Source: Vicugna vicugna (taxonomy: Eukaryota). From it: a stretch of DNA of 64,000 bases. The stretch lies in the NCBI GenBank assembly GCA_013265495.1, contig MU058065.1, forward strand, positions 2,209,003-2,273,002, read 5' to 3'. The notes beneath the pieces are model-generated. The model saw only the letters and a list, made by a program, of their open reading frames with translations, was not told where the DNA came from and did not search any database. Each line of letters opens with the position of its first letter. The first letter of the stretch is position 1. The position numbers were made by a program, and so were the translations under genes. Below are positions 12,471 through 24,580 of this stretch, piece by piece.

Positions 12471-14589
12471 AAAACAACTGAAAAAAGTAAACTAGAAGAA
12501 AGAAACGACTTAGGACTTCTTGGTCGTTGGCCATGCTGAGAAAATCAGGGGGAGGGTGACCTGCTAGGCACGGGTCATTTCTTTCTGGGTGAAACTGGGG
12601 AAGTGATGAGACAGAGTAGGGGGAGGGGACAGGAGCCTCTGCCTTACCTAACGTCTACGAGTCCTCCCACCTCCCGGTTCCCATTTCAGTATATAGTCTC
12701 CACTCTGCCCCAGCGAAACTTGCTCTTAGGAGGGAGCAAATAAACTCCATAACTGTGTTGTAAATGACAAAGAACAGTGCAACATGATAACTTTTTAATA
12801 CAAACTAAAGCTTCAAACTCTTGTCTATAGATTTCAGCCACGGAGGCTGGGGAAGATAGGCAATGTATGGAGCATCCTTAGCGTCTGGAAATATGCAAAA
12901 TGTTCTCTGTGAGATGCTCAGTGTATAAAGAAATAAATAATATGATCAATGTCCCTGTACATAATGGACAACTTATATTTCCTATCTATATACATATTTC
13001 CCATCTATATACATAACATGTATATAAAGGGAAGAAAATATTTGAAACTCACATTTTTAGAAACTTCTGGAGCTGAGAGAAAATAGATTGTTCTTGATAG
13101 AAGTAAAGAAGGGACAAAGCAGATAGTAACACCCTGGAGGAATGTTCTTAAAAGGCTATGGGATAAAGGAGAGAGAAAAGTGGGCAAACATAAGACGAAG
13201 GGGAAAGAGGAGGCAGAGGACCAAGACCTCTTAATCTTGAGTTCTAAGCATAAGGCTGGAAGGGAACAGTTTGGCCTGGAGCAGATTAACCAGGGTTCAA
13301 AAGTGTTTACTTACATATTGGAACTTTTTTTTTCTTTGTTCTTACTGAGATTTGAAGCTGAGGTCTGAATAAATCCATCCTTACCGCTGGCTCAAAGAGA
13401 TGTCCAGCCAACGTCAATGGAATTCGTGGTTCTAAAGAAGTCTGCTCCTTCTGGGACACACCCGGTTTGGGTGTGGTTTTTTAATCCCTCTTAAAATCTA
13501 GAAATGTATTTAATCTCTCTCTGGGTATGAGTCCAAACCGAAGGCCCTATCATGGTGCACTATTAATAAGGGCACTGAGTCATCCATGTTCAAGCAGATG
13601 TGGGGGCTCTCGTTTCCAGACCAGCCATTCTCAGCTGATGTGGTCTTCTGAGTCCCTGCAGCTGAGCTCACTCCCAACCTGTCACCTATCTCTCCAACTC
13701 AGCAGTTCTGCGCTCTGCATAGTATTCGTGACGCTAAATCAATCAAATGCTTGATTCCGACTTACTCAGGGAAACGTAAATAATGCTACTAACAATATAG
13801 ATGCTGGGACTTGCTTTTCTTTTTTCCTTCTGGAAGCCACCACTAGAGCTTCAAGGGTGATGAAATGAATAGCTGGGTACCAGCAAACATCTTGATGCCA
13901 AAAAAGACTCGCTGATACCACAGACGCCAAGAGAATCAGACATGACTTCCTTCTACGTGTGGTACTGATGTAAATGACCCGGAGTAAGGGACCAGAGCCT
14001 GATACTTAACTGGCAACTCATGTCCGGGTCATGTGTTTCCGTGAACCCTGGTGACCACTTCTCTGCGGCCAAAAGAATAAATACAGTGGTAATTCTATGC
14101 CTCTGTCCTCACCAGCAAGTCTGTCAAGAGGATTCCTCAACTTCCCTAGACCTCTGTTCTTAATGTGAAAGAAGAAGCTGATACCTTAGTAAATACTGCC
14201 TTTGCTTCAAGCATCTGAAATATTTTGAACAGACCACAAAAGCTCTGAGTTTCCTGCGTTACTTGTGAGCATTTTGAATGGGCCCTACTACTTAATTGAA
14301 TTTGTGTTGGGGATTTCTGCACTGACTGGCCATATTCTCTCTGTAAAGTGGTTTTGGAAATCGTGAACACAGGAATTTGATTACATGGACATATTTTTCC
14401 AATAAAGGCTTGTTCAGTTTCAGCCATAGATACGCCTTGGGTCAAAACAAGCTGCTCTATGAAAAATAAGGTATATAAATCAGTAAGAAAGGGAAACACC
14501 TGAGGTGAGGCTACAGTGTAAACGAACACACTCATAAAACTCCAGGACGTAGCCGATCCGTTCCATTCTAGTCACGTAACTCTGGAGTC

Positions 14590-15100
14590 AGGATGAACCT
14601 CTTCTAACCTCTCGTTTTACACATGAGGCCCAGAGAGATCGAAAGTTATGTCCAAAGTCAGGGGGCTGGTTCATGGCAGAGCTAAGGCCGGCTCTGTACC
14701 TTGACAATAACAGGAAGCATTGCCTTTGCCTTACGATTCTTCTCAAGCCAAATTTGTTCACTGTGATTCTTATTCAGTCAACCTAAGTTTATGACTGATC
14801 ACAAGGTATGAGGCACTGGGATGACTGTGAAATAATGCAGAGTTGATCTCTGCCCTCTTGGAGCTTACATTCCAGTAGGTGAAATAGATGAACAGATACA
14901 TAAAATGTTTACAAATTAGGATATGAGCTTTTTAAGAAAAAAAAATAATTAAGGGGCTGAAAGAGAATAACAGGGAAGTATGCACTTCAGAGACAGCAGT
15001 TACCTACCAAATCATAGTTCCCATCTTTGGACGGAAGTGACATTTAAGCTCAGACATCTGTAGGATGGAAAAGAGAAAGCCACAAAAAGAGTTTGAAGGG
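14590..15100 (-). mobile_element. MIR fragment followed by L2 fragment
   Basis: MIR: ttttacacatgaggcccagagag. L2: gaggcactggg...tgccctcttggagcttacattccagtagg...gtgacatttaagctcagac. Confidence 0.6.
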
Positions 15101-16419
15101 GCATGAGAAGAAGATGCCAGGCTTACAAAGGTGCTTTCGATGTTGTTGAGCATGAGGCCAGTCTAGACTGTTCTCTGATAAGGGACCTACTTATGGTCCA
15201 AAGAGGGACCATGCCTGACCTCCATGCATAGGTGGTTCATCTCTTCATTGGTCTCGCGACAATGCTACTTGTATTCACAAGGAGGGAGCTCATCATGTTA
15301 CTTGGAATGGGACCCACGCTCTTACCCAGCCTCTCCCCCATCCCACCCCTCTTTCACAAATAACATAAGGAAAGAGGCTGAGGTTCCTCAGATCCCCACT
15401 CCTAGCCCTGCTCAAATGACCCTGACTTCTTCCTGATTAAACTGAGAGCAGGTCTTCCTAGCAGGGGAAAAACTAAACAAATATAGGACTTAGGAAATTA
15501 TTCAAATAGTTCATGAGTGATGGAGAATCCCACCTGCCTTCCTCAGTTATATTTGTAGCATACATATATATATATATATTTGGTTCTCTGTATTTTACAC
15601 ACCAAATATGTGTTACAGAAAAATGATGCTTCGAAATTAGCTGCATGGGACTTGCTCATTTGATAACATGGAAGTTTCTGATTGCATCTGAATCCATTGG
15701 CCTTCTTCAAATTTAGCCCATTAAAATATCCCAGGGCCACTTATGTTCATTTTTTTAAAATGTATTCTCCTTTGGGGGCATACATAGGAATATGTCCTCA
15801 AAGTTTCAGCCAACCTCCACTAGACTCCCTAGTGTCCGACTTCACACTCTGTGGTATAAACATTTCGTAGGTAACGTGAATGTGAACCCTCCCTGTCTGT
15901 CTGACTCAGTCAATAACTTGACCTCTCAGCTAATCTGAGATCTGGTGGCTACAGCCTGCCTGGTTGTTCGGCAGCCGGCTAATTCAGCTGGAATGGTGGT
16001 CACGGAGCTGGAGATACAGATTCCGTTCCCCAGAGGACTAATTAGTTTCACACAGAGAAAAAAATTTGTCCAAACTTCCCATGTAGCCCCAGCCCTCTAT
16101 TTTGGAAGTGCACTCACTGGGGAAGGAAGGGTATTCTAACTCAGCACCCCCCGCCCCGAATCTCCAGAATCCCCATTATTCTCGAGAAAGTTCTTGTAAG
16201 AGATGTTTAGACTCGTTAACTCAGCCTCCCTTTATCAGAGTTACTGCTTAAATGTCTGGATTCCTTCCTCCTCCCTACACTACTCCATTGAAAAATTCCT
16301 GCTAAAACCACCAACAATCTGCTAACTGCTCCGAGTAAGGACCATTCAGAGCCAATCTAGTTCTCCAGGGAGGAAAAACAGTGGCAAACATAGTCTCACT
16401 CACAGAAGATAAATGAGCC

Positions 16420-16698
16420 CTCGTGGATGCTGTGCAGCCAGCTCCTTCCCCAGCTGCTGGGGCGGATGCGGGCTGAAGGCTTGCAGCTGGATTGCTCTCT
16501 GGGAATCCGTGTCAGCTGAAAGCAGCTGTCTCTCGCAAAGTCTTTACCTTTCTGGGCACAGCCAGCATCCAATGACTGGTTGGTAGGGGAGTGAGTGTAA
16601 AATTTCAGCCTTCTTGCCTTAAATTAAGACAACCCTAGGGGGCCATCCTTGTTCCCAAGCTCCTTGAAGGATTGACTGAAGCCTTTGTTGCAACTGCC
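16420..16698 (+). mobile_element. Partial 5' LTR of an ERV-L (LTR33/LTR16-class)
   Basis: ggccatccttgttcccaagctcc...gactgaagcctttgttgcaactgc parallels gagttcccc...ggctttgtgactgc in the LTR at 17842-18286. Truncated at 16698. Confidence 0.65.
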
Positions 16699-17841
16699 AT
16701 GATGTGACACTATCTCTTGACGAGAACTCCATTGGAATCTCCACCACAGGAGGGAAAGTGATTGATTCGGACAGACATATAAACACATTTTGTGGGTTCT
16801 GGGTTTGCCTTTTCTTCCCACAGGATCTCAGCCAGCAACACTGTGTGAATATCTGATCCGCTAACTTGAGTCCTACATCATATTGGACCAGAGAACCCAC
16901 CTAAGGGCAAAGAGGTGTTGCAGTGGTCACATGACCATGGGATCTACTGGCCCCATTACTTACTACACTACTCAGATGCTGCTGCTCTGTAGAGCAATAA
17001 AATGGAATTTTGAAGGTACAATTGTGGTACCAGCTTGAAGGCAATACCCTGGAAGGGGGCCGCCTTCCCTCCCCAAACCCCCAGGATTCAGCCTGCATGC
17101 TAAATCAGTCACCACTGCATGGTGTTCTACAGAAAGTAGAACACAAGTACCCAGAACCACCGGGTGGGAGTAGGAGTGGTCCCATCCCCCATCACGCCCA
17201 GTGATGTGCTCCTGGTCTTCATAACTCTAGTTCTTATGGATCTAAAAGCCTTAGTTCCCAGAGTGGAAGCATTTGCACCAAGGGGCAAAGCAAGAGTCCC
17301 ATTAAACTTTAAGCTACTGGGCTGCACCCAGTCACTTCAGTTTTTTCCTGCTAAGAAACAGTAAGGCAAAGAAAGTTGTCTCCACCCTGGCCGGGATGAT
17401 TGATTCAGATACTCAGAGGAGGTAAGGCTGCTGTTACCTAGTGGGGAGAGGAAAGGTTATATTTGGCACCCGGGTGACCCGCTTGAGCCTCTCTTGGTGC
17501 TCCCCTGCCCAGTTGAGACAGTGAATGGATAAATGCAGCAGCCACAGCCTGAGAAGGGCACACTGACCAATGCTCAGACCTCCCGGGGTTGAGGTTCTGG
17601 ATTATCCCTCCAAGTAAACCACCTGAACCAGCAGAAGTGACAGCTGAGGGTGAGAGAAATCTAGAATGGGAGATCAGCTGCAGCTCTGAGACCAGCTACA
17701 GTGAGGGGACCTGTAGTTCATCCTATTCACTGTTTTCTTGTAAGTATCTCTAGGGAGAGGGATCAAGTAGAATCCTGGGAGAGTTGTTCCCACAGTGTAT
17801 TATATGCAAAACCTTGGATCCAAGCAGCACAAAAGGTAAAC
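16699..17841 (+). mobile_element. ERV-L (ERV3-16A3/HERV16-like) integrase and dUTPase remnant
   Basis: Broken translation includes LDQRTHLRA/EVLQWSHDHGIYW...NGILKVQLWYQLEGNTLEG, PITPSD...LVPRVEAFAPRGKARVPLNFKL, WHPGDPLEPLLVLPCPVETVNG and PPSKPPEPAEVTAEGERNLEW. These are colinear with ERV-L IN-dUTPase. Confidence 0.85.
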
Positions 17842-18286
17842 AGCAGTGTATGTTTTAGGGCACCACCCAGATCCTCCCTCTCAAGACAGTGGTGCCCACT
17901 CCCCCAGTGGCTGGGAGTGTTAACAGCAGAAGATGTTCAGGTGAATTGCCCTCCAGAAATTGCTGAATGTTAAGTAGAGCCACCCCCACAAGGCCATGCC
18001 TTCTTCTCACTGGCAGCTCACATCCCATGACTGGGCAATCCTGGGAGGGTATAAAGAACCACCCCCTTTGCCTGAAGGCAAGATTACTCTGAAGGATCGT
18101 CTCAGTTTTTGAGTTCCCCATAAAACAGAGTGAGGGCTTTGTGACTGCACTACAGTCCAACTTCTCCCTCTGACCAACCCTGCTTCTGTCAATCCCCCAT
18201 GAGTACTGATATTGGCAACACTCCCCAGTGAACTTTCTACATACCAATCTCTATCTCAGAGTCCGCTTCCTGGGGAACCCAAGACA
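17842..18286 (+). mobile_element. 3' LTR of the same ERV-L (LTR33-like)
   Basis: Preceded by PPT-like caaaaggtaaac. Ends caacttctccctctg...ctctatctcagagtccgcttcctggggaacccaagaca. Confidence 0.8.
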
Positions 18287-18359
18287 GGAGCCTGAGTATA
18301 GGAAGACGGTATCACATAAGGTTTAAGGGGGGTTGGATTCTGAAGTTCTATAGAGCTGG

Positions 18360-18550
18360 TGCTGTTCCAACTTTCCATGTATTACTGCCTGTGAACTCGT
18401 AAGCAAGATGTTTACATTCCCTGAGCTTCTGTTTCTGCATCTGTTAAATGATAATAATAATGTGGCACTCAGATGGTTATTGTTGATCACTAAATTAGAC
18501 AGGCTGAAGTTCTTAGCACCGTGTTTGGCATAATAAGCACTCAAATGGAA
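18360..18550 (+). mobile_element. MIR SINE
   Basis: ccctgagcttctgtttctgcatctgttaaatgataataataat...cttagcaccgtgtttggcataataagcactcaaatg. Confidence 0.8.
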
Positions 18551-18566
18551 GCGCATATACTTAAGT

Positions 18567-19070
18567 GCGTCTTCTGCTGGCTTCCTCCTGAAACAGACAC
18601 TGAGCCTGATATTTGAAGGCAGGTAGTTTACTAGGGGCATGAGCCCCAGGAAGCACTCACAGGAGAAAAGGAAGTAAGATGGGGAAAGGAAGAAAGTCAA
18701 TACCGGGTGTGTTAACAAGAAAGTTAATGTTGCAGGCAGTTAGGACTCAGTCTCACCAGGGACTTCTGAAAAGTTGGGTAGAACTTGCTTTTTTCCAAGA
18801 AGGGTAAGGAAGCTGGGGTGTTACCCCCAACTCCTATCCATCATTTGTTGAATGCTTTCCCCCAGAGCATTAATTCCTTGGTAATTTCAGTCTGCCTCAT
18901 GTGCTCTTGGGCCAAGCACAACCCAGCAATGAGAGAAAACTCCTGGTAGAGAGTGAGAGGTGCTTGCAGGCAGGAGCCGTTGTGTGGGAATGGCGGATGC
19001 AAGGAGTATGGATAGGGCAGTGACAACATTGGCTGTGGTCTGTGTTTGCACAAATGATACAATACCAACA
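18567..19070 (-). mobile_element. ERV-L solo LTR (LTR16-like)
   Basis: aaacagacactgagcc...ggtagtttactaggg...ccccaggaagcac...gaagtaagatggggaaaggaagaaagtcaata resembles the LTR16 family in antisense. Confidence 0.6.
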
Positions 19071-19147
19071 GCCGTCTTTAACATTTTCACTTCATTTATA
19101 CACTTTCATCTTCTCTTGATCTTCTCACTGTCTTATATTTTGGAGAG

Positions 19148-19600
19148 TGTAGTGGGTTGACTGTTTCTCCACCCTCCAAACAATGTACAGTTACATCATA
19201 ACCCTTGGAACCTGTGAATGGGAACTTATTTGGAGAAAGGATCTTTGCAGCTGTAAGCAAGTTAAGGATCTTGAGAAATGGATCATCCGTGTGGGCTCTA
19301 AACCCAATAACAAGTGTCTTTATGAGAGGCAGAGAGTTTTGTGACAGAGAAGGAAGAGGCAGTGTGACCATGGGGTCAGGGACTGGGGTGATGCTGCCAC
19401 AGGCAGAGAACATATGGAGTCATCAGTAGGTAGAAGAGGCGGGGGAGGGTTCTCCCCCGAAGACTGGAGGGGCAACAGCCCTGCTGACACCTTAGTTTTG
19501 GGCTTCTGGCCTCCAGAACTATGCAAAGAATCCACTTCTGATGTTTTAAGCATCCCAGTTGATGGTAATTTGTCATAGCAGGCGTGGGAAATGAAAACCA
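19148..19600 (+). mobile_element. MaLR LTR (MLT1C/D-like)
   Basis: tgtagtgggttga...ggaacctgtgaatgggaacttatttggagaaaggatctttgcag...ttctggcctccagaact...ggtaatttgtcatagcag. Confidence 0.9.
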
Positions 19601-20070
19601 GGAGTTTCCATCCATTTGTTTCTGAAAGTGTTTGGCCTCCTTCAGAGAATGTCAGCAGCCATTGACCATAATTTGGAGCTTTGTACTGAAGAAGAGAGAG
19701 GCTTGCAGACAGACCAGCCCTCTAGTCCTAACCAGGTTCTAGAGGAACTCCACTGACTGTATTTCTCAGACTGGCAGATGAGCTCCAGGCCTGGAGAACC
19801 AGGCACTTCTCAGCGCTGCTCCCCTCTGGCCCCCTCTGGTTCTCTGGCTCCAGATTACAAGCATAACCCCTCTCTGAGGTTCCCTGGACATTTCAGAGAA
19901 GCCACAGGACATGAGCTCTCTTCTGTGCTCACTTAGGCAGTCTGAAAAAAGTGACTTATATTAAGGCTAATTGAGGAAGCTGATTACTCTACTGGAAGCA
20001 CTTTGAAATGCATTCTGCAAATTGATGCACAAGTTGGATCTTTATTCCACAAACATTTATCAAGACCTGG

Positions 20071-20184
20071 CAAGGCTTTCTAGATTCAGCAAATAAAAAT
20101 ACAGCATCAAGTTGAATTTTAGATAAATTATTTTTTTCAGTGTAACTATGTTCCATGCAATATTGGGGATGTACTTACACTAAA
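20071..20184. mobile_element. MER53 (hAT MITE), left part
   Basis: agattcagcaaataaaaatacag...ttgaattttagataaa...tatgttccatgcaatattggggatgtacttacactaaa matches the MER53 left arm and centre. Confidence 0.75.
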
Positions 20185-20244
20185 GTACTTACACTTTTTT
20201 TCATCTTCAAGGAGGCATTAATGATTTTCAGTGATTCTGATTTC

Positions 20245-21256
20245 TTTTTTTTTAACATTTTTTATTGAGTTATAGTCATTTTGCAATATTTTGTCAAATT
20301 CCAGTGTAGAGCACAATTTTTCAGTTATACTTGAACATATATATATTCATTGTCACCTTTTTTCTCTGGGAGCTACCATAAGATCTTGTGTATATCTCCC
20401 TGTGCTATACAGTATAATCTTGTTTATCTATTCTACAATTTTGAACTCCCAGTCTATCTCTTCCCACCCCCCACCCCCTTGGCAACCACAAGTTTGTATT
20501 CTATGTCTGTGAGTCTATTTGTTTTGTATTTATGCTTTGGGTTTTGGCTTTGTTTTTTGTTTGTTTTTTTTTTAGATTCCACATGTGAGCGATCTCATAT
20601 GGTATTTTTCTTTCTCTTTCTGGCTTACTTCACTTAGAATGACATTCTCCAGGAGCATCTATGTTGCTGCAAATGGCATTATGTTATCGGTTTTTATGGC
20701 TGAGTAGTATTCCATTGTATAAATATACCACCTCTTCTTTATCCAGTCATCTGTTGATGGACATTTAGGCTGATTCCATGTCTTGGCTATTGTAAATAGT
20801 GCTGCTATGAACATTGGGGTGCAGGTGTCATTTTGAAGTAGGGTTCCTTCTTGATATATGCCCAGGAGCAGGATTCCTGGGTTATATGGTAAGTCTATTC
20901 CTAGTCTTTTGAGGAATCTCCACACTGTTTCCCACAGTGGCTGCACCAAACTGCATTTCCACCAGCAGTGTAAGAGGGTTCCCTTATCTCCACAGCCTCT
21001 CCATCATTTGTCATTTGTGGACTTTTGAATGATGGCCAATCTGACTGGTGTGAGGTGATACCTCATTGCAGTTTTGATTTGCATTTCTCTGATAATTAGT
21101 GATATTGAGCATTTTTTCATGTGTCTATTGACCATTTGTATGTCTTCCTTGGAGAATTGCTTGTTTAGGTCTTTTGCCCATTTTTGGATTGGGTTGTTTG
21201 TTTTTTTCTTATTAAGCCGTATAAGCTCTTTATATATTCTGGAGATCAAGCCTTTG
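20245..21256 (-). mobile_element. Young 5'-truncated camelid-type L1 (ORF2 C-terminal ~230 codons and 3'UTR)
   Basis: Minus-strand ORFs 21004-21249 ([28 protein letters not shown]...) and 20659-20949 ([15 protein letters not shown]...PMFIAALFTIAK...) are L1 ORF2. The 3' end has AATAAA plus A9 (20245-20253). Confidence 0.96.
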
Positions 21257-21326
21257 AAAAAATACTTGTTTTTTCACCTGAAGTTCAACTTGAACTGGGT
21301 ATCCTGTACTTTCTCTGGCAACTCTG
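21257..21326. mobile_element. MER53, right part
   Basis: aaaaaatacttgtttttt...ctgaagttcaacttgaactgggtatcctgtactttctctggcaactctg matches the MER53 right arm and TIR. Confidence 0.75.
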
Positions 21327-21339
21327 GGTGGTGATTCCT

Positions 21340-21690
21340 CTGCATAGACCACCCTTTCCCCAGGCACCTACATGGCTCAGTTCCTCACTTCCCTCAGATC
21401 TGATCCCATTAGAGAGGCCTGCCCTTAGTGCTTTGTCTGCAAGAACTTACCACCATCATCAACTCCACCCTTCTCTATCCCCAGCCCCAGACTATTTCTT
21501 CTTCTCAGTACTTAATGACAACCTGGCAGAGTATTCTGACAGGCTATTGTCCATCTTCCCCACTGGCACATCAACCCTGCATGAGTAGGGATTTGTTTCA
21601 TTTATTGACATTTTTCTCATTCCTGGGACAGAGTCTGGCACAGGATAGGCCCTTAGTAACTACTCATCAAAGAAATAAGTTTGAATGGCT
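21340..21690 (+). mobile_element. L2 3' end
   Basis: catggctcagttcctcacttcc...gagaggcctgccct...catgagtagggatttgt...ctggcacaggataggccct. Confidence 0.7.
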
Positions 21691-21946
21691 TATAATTTGC
21701 TTTAAATTGTTGATTTCTATACAGACTATTTGCAGGTAAATATTGAAGTTTAAAATTTTAATATTGCTCTCCTTCAGGCATCATACTCCCTCTCACCCTC
21801 CCCTTCTCCCATCAGGACAGACCCCGTCAGTAAGGAAACATCTCAAGCAAGAAGCAAATTTACCTTAACTCTTGGGTTTCTTCAATTGAATCTTTTCCCT
21901 TCCTCTTTCCTTGTTGAATGCCAGCTTGGAGACATAAGAGTCTTAC

Positions 21947-23013
21947 TTTTTTAAATATAGTTGACATACAATATGATGTCAGTTTCAGATGTACCACACA
22001 GTGACTTGACATTTGCATACATTATGAAGTGATCACCACGGTAAGTCTAGACTAACCAACTAGTCCCCATGCGGTTATTACAGTATTATTGACCATATTC
22101 CTTATGCTGTATGTTATATTTCTGTGGCTTATTTATTTTACAACTGGAGATTTGTACCTCTCAATTACCTTTTTTTCTACCCCCACAACCCTCCCCTCTG
22201 ACAACCATCCATTTGTTCTCTGTATCTGTGAGTCTCTTTTCATTTTGTTTTGTTTGTTTTGTTTTTTAGATATTGCACATAAGTGAGATCATAGGGTCTG
22301 ACTTATTTCATTTAACGTAGTACCCTCTAGATCCATCCATGTTGTCCCAAATGGCAAGATTTCAATTTTTTATGGCTGAGTAATATTCCAATGTGTGTGT
22401 GTGTGTGTGTACACAAAACTTTTGCATAGCAGAGGAAACTATCAACAACATGAAAAGGCAACCTACTGAATAGGAGAAGATATTTGCAAAAGATATATCC
22501 CACAAGAGGTTAATATCCAAAATATTATATAAGTCAACATCAAAAAAACAACCTGATTTTAAAAAATGGGCAGAGGACCTGAATAGATATTTTTCCAAAG
22601 AAGGCATACACATGGCCAACAGCCACATAAAAAGATGCTCAACATCACTAATTATAAGAGAAATGCAAATCAAAACCACAGTGAGATACCACCTCACACC
22701 TGCAGAATGGCTATCATCAAAAAGACAACAAATAACAAATGTTGGTGAGGATGTGGGGAAAAGGGAACCATTGTGCACTGTTGGTAAGAATGTAAATTGA
22801 TGCAGCCACTATGGAAAAAGTATGGAGTTTCAAAAAATTAAAAACAGAACTGCCGCATGATTCAGCAATTTCACTTCTGGGTATTTACCTGAAGAAAACA
22901 AAACACTAAACAGAAGGGATATATGATGTACCACTATGTTCACTGCAGCATTATTTACTATAGCCAAGATACGGAAGCAACCTATGTGTCCATCAATAGA
23001 TAAATGGACAAAG
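21947..23013 (-). mobile_element. Older L1 (L1MA-like) with an inverted 5' segment
   Basis: 21947-22410 is antisense 3'UTR and ORF2 end (...EYYSAIK). 22411-23013 is sense ORF2 ([23 protein letters not shown]...PSIDKWTK). Confidence 0.9.
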
Positions 23014-24409
23014 TAGAAGTCATTTATTTAGAAGTCACAGAAAAACATGTAAGTCCTCATCCTTTAGTTGGCAGAAAAGTATAGCTTTAGAAGCCCCACT
23101 GATACTTGAATTAGAGGACTCATGTGACCTTGAGTTCTCCCTGAGATATCATGTAGGCCGATTTATCTGTAATTGACAATCTGGGGAAAGCAAAAACAAA
23201 CGTTAGAAATTAAAGAGGTGACCCATGTTATTTCATCTCATGCTCCACTTTTCTATTTGTCCCTTGTCCAGGGATAAGGAGAGAAATTGCCCTCTGTCTT
23301 ATGATAGAGTTCAGGCAGAAAGAAAATTATGGCTGTTGTACCAGCTGCTGGGTGAGGCCTACTGTTTTCATTCCATTAGTCTAGCACTTGAAGGACGAGA
23401 AATTGTTTGGAAACATCTAACAGGCAGGTATGCTGGGTTCTGCAAAGTTGACAACAAGGAAAGGGAATCTCAGCTCACCCATCCAGTACCCAAAGGACAA
23501 CGTTTATCTTCTGTATCTTTACCCAAAGCAGATGCTTGAGCCAGGATAGCACTGGTCAGGAAACTAAATGGGGCTCAGATGAATGTACAGCTCTCCAAAA
23601 CCCCAGCAGTGAAGGGTCTTTGTGACTTTCTCCTGCCCCAGTCACCACCACCCCCACTGCCACCACCGAGTTCCATCACCATGTGCCTGAGTCCCTGCCA
23701 ACTGACACTGGATTCTAAGCTTTGCCTTGGGAATCTGGAGGTCCCTGCCAGGCACCAATCTTCATCATCTCTTTCACTTGCACAAAAATTGTTAGTGATA
23801 ATGTAGCATTTGTCCCATCAGGGTTCTTCTGCCTGATGTTCAAAACCTTCCATCATCTACTTCTTCCCTACCATCGGCCTCCACCCACCCGTCTCTCTAA
23901 TTCCTGCCTTCTTGTTTGGCCTACATCCCCTACAAGGCATTCTTTCAGAGTGATCCCTTTGCCATGTTTCTAGCCTGAATTTGCCTCATCTTCAAGATCG
24001 ACTTCAGCCTTCACCCATCTCTCCTTAAAGGTTCTAAAACTCCAATTTTAGCATTTTATTATATACTGGCTGCATTTTAACATTTTCTGTTGTCTTTTAT
24101 TTTCCCAGCTAAATTCTAAGTGCCTTGAGATCTGGAATATCTATATGGAAAATAAAAATTACATCTGATGATTGATTTATTTTTAAATGGCCCCAGTGGC
24201 AGAGCACCTAACACCTAACATCAACATCTAAGTTGGTAGCCATAACTTTGGTTCTCTCTTACAAACAACAAGAGAGAGATCTTTGTTGGTTCAACGGCTC
24301 CCTGACACTGAGATTTGGACAAGCTTGTTTGATCAAATTTGGGAAATCTGCAGTATCTTGACACTAGCTTAATGAGGGCTGGTTTGTAGCCTATTTTTGA
24401 GGGGTCAAA

Positions 24410-24580
24410 ATAAACATTTATGCACTCAACACTGATTATATATTATCTTTAATCCTTACAACAAACTTCTGCAACAGGATTGTTATCCTAATGTTAAGAA
24501 TTTAGAAAAGCTTAGTCAGGTAAGAAACGTGCCCAAGTTCACGTAGTCAGGATTTGAATTACAGGCTGGGATAACTTTCA
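24410..24580 (-). mobile_element. MIR SINE
   Basis: tattatctttaatccttacaacaaac...gtgcccaagttcac...caggatttgaattacagg. Confidence 0.65.
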
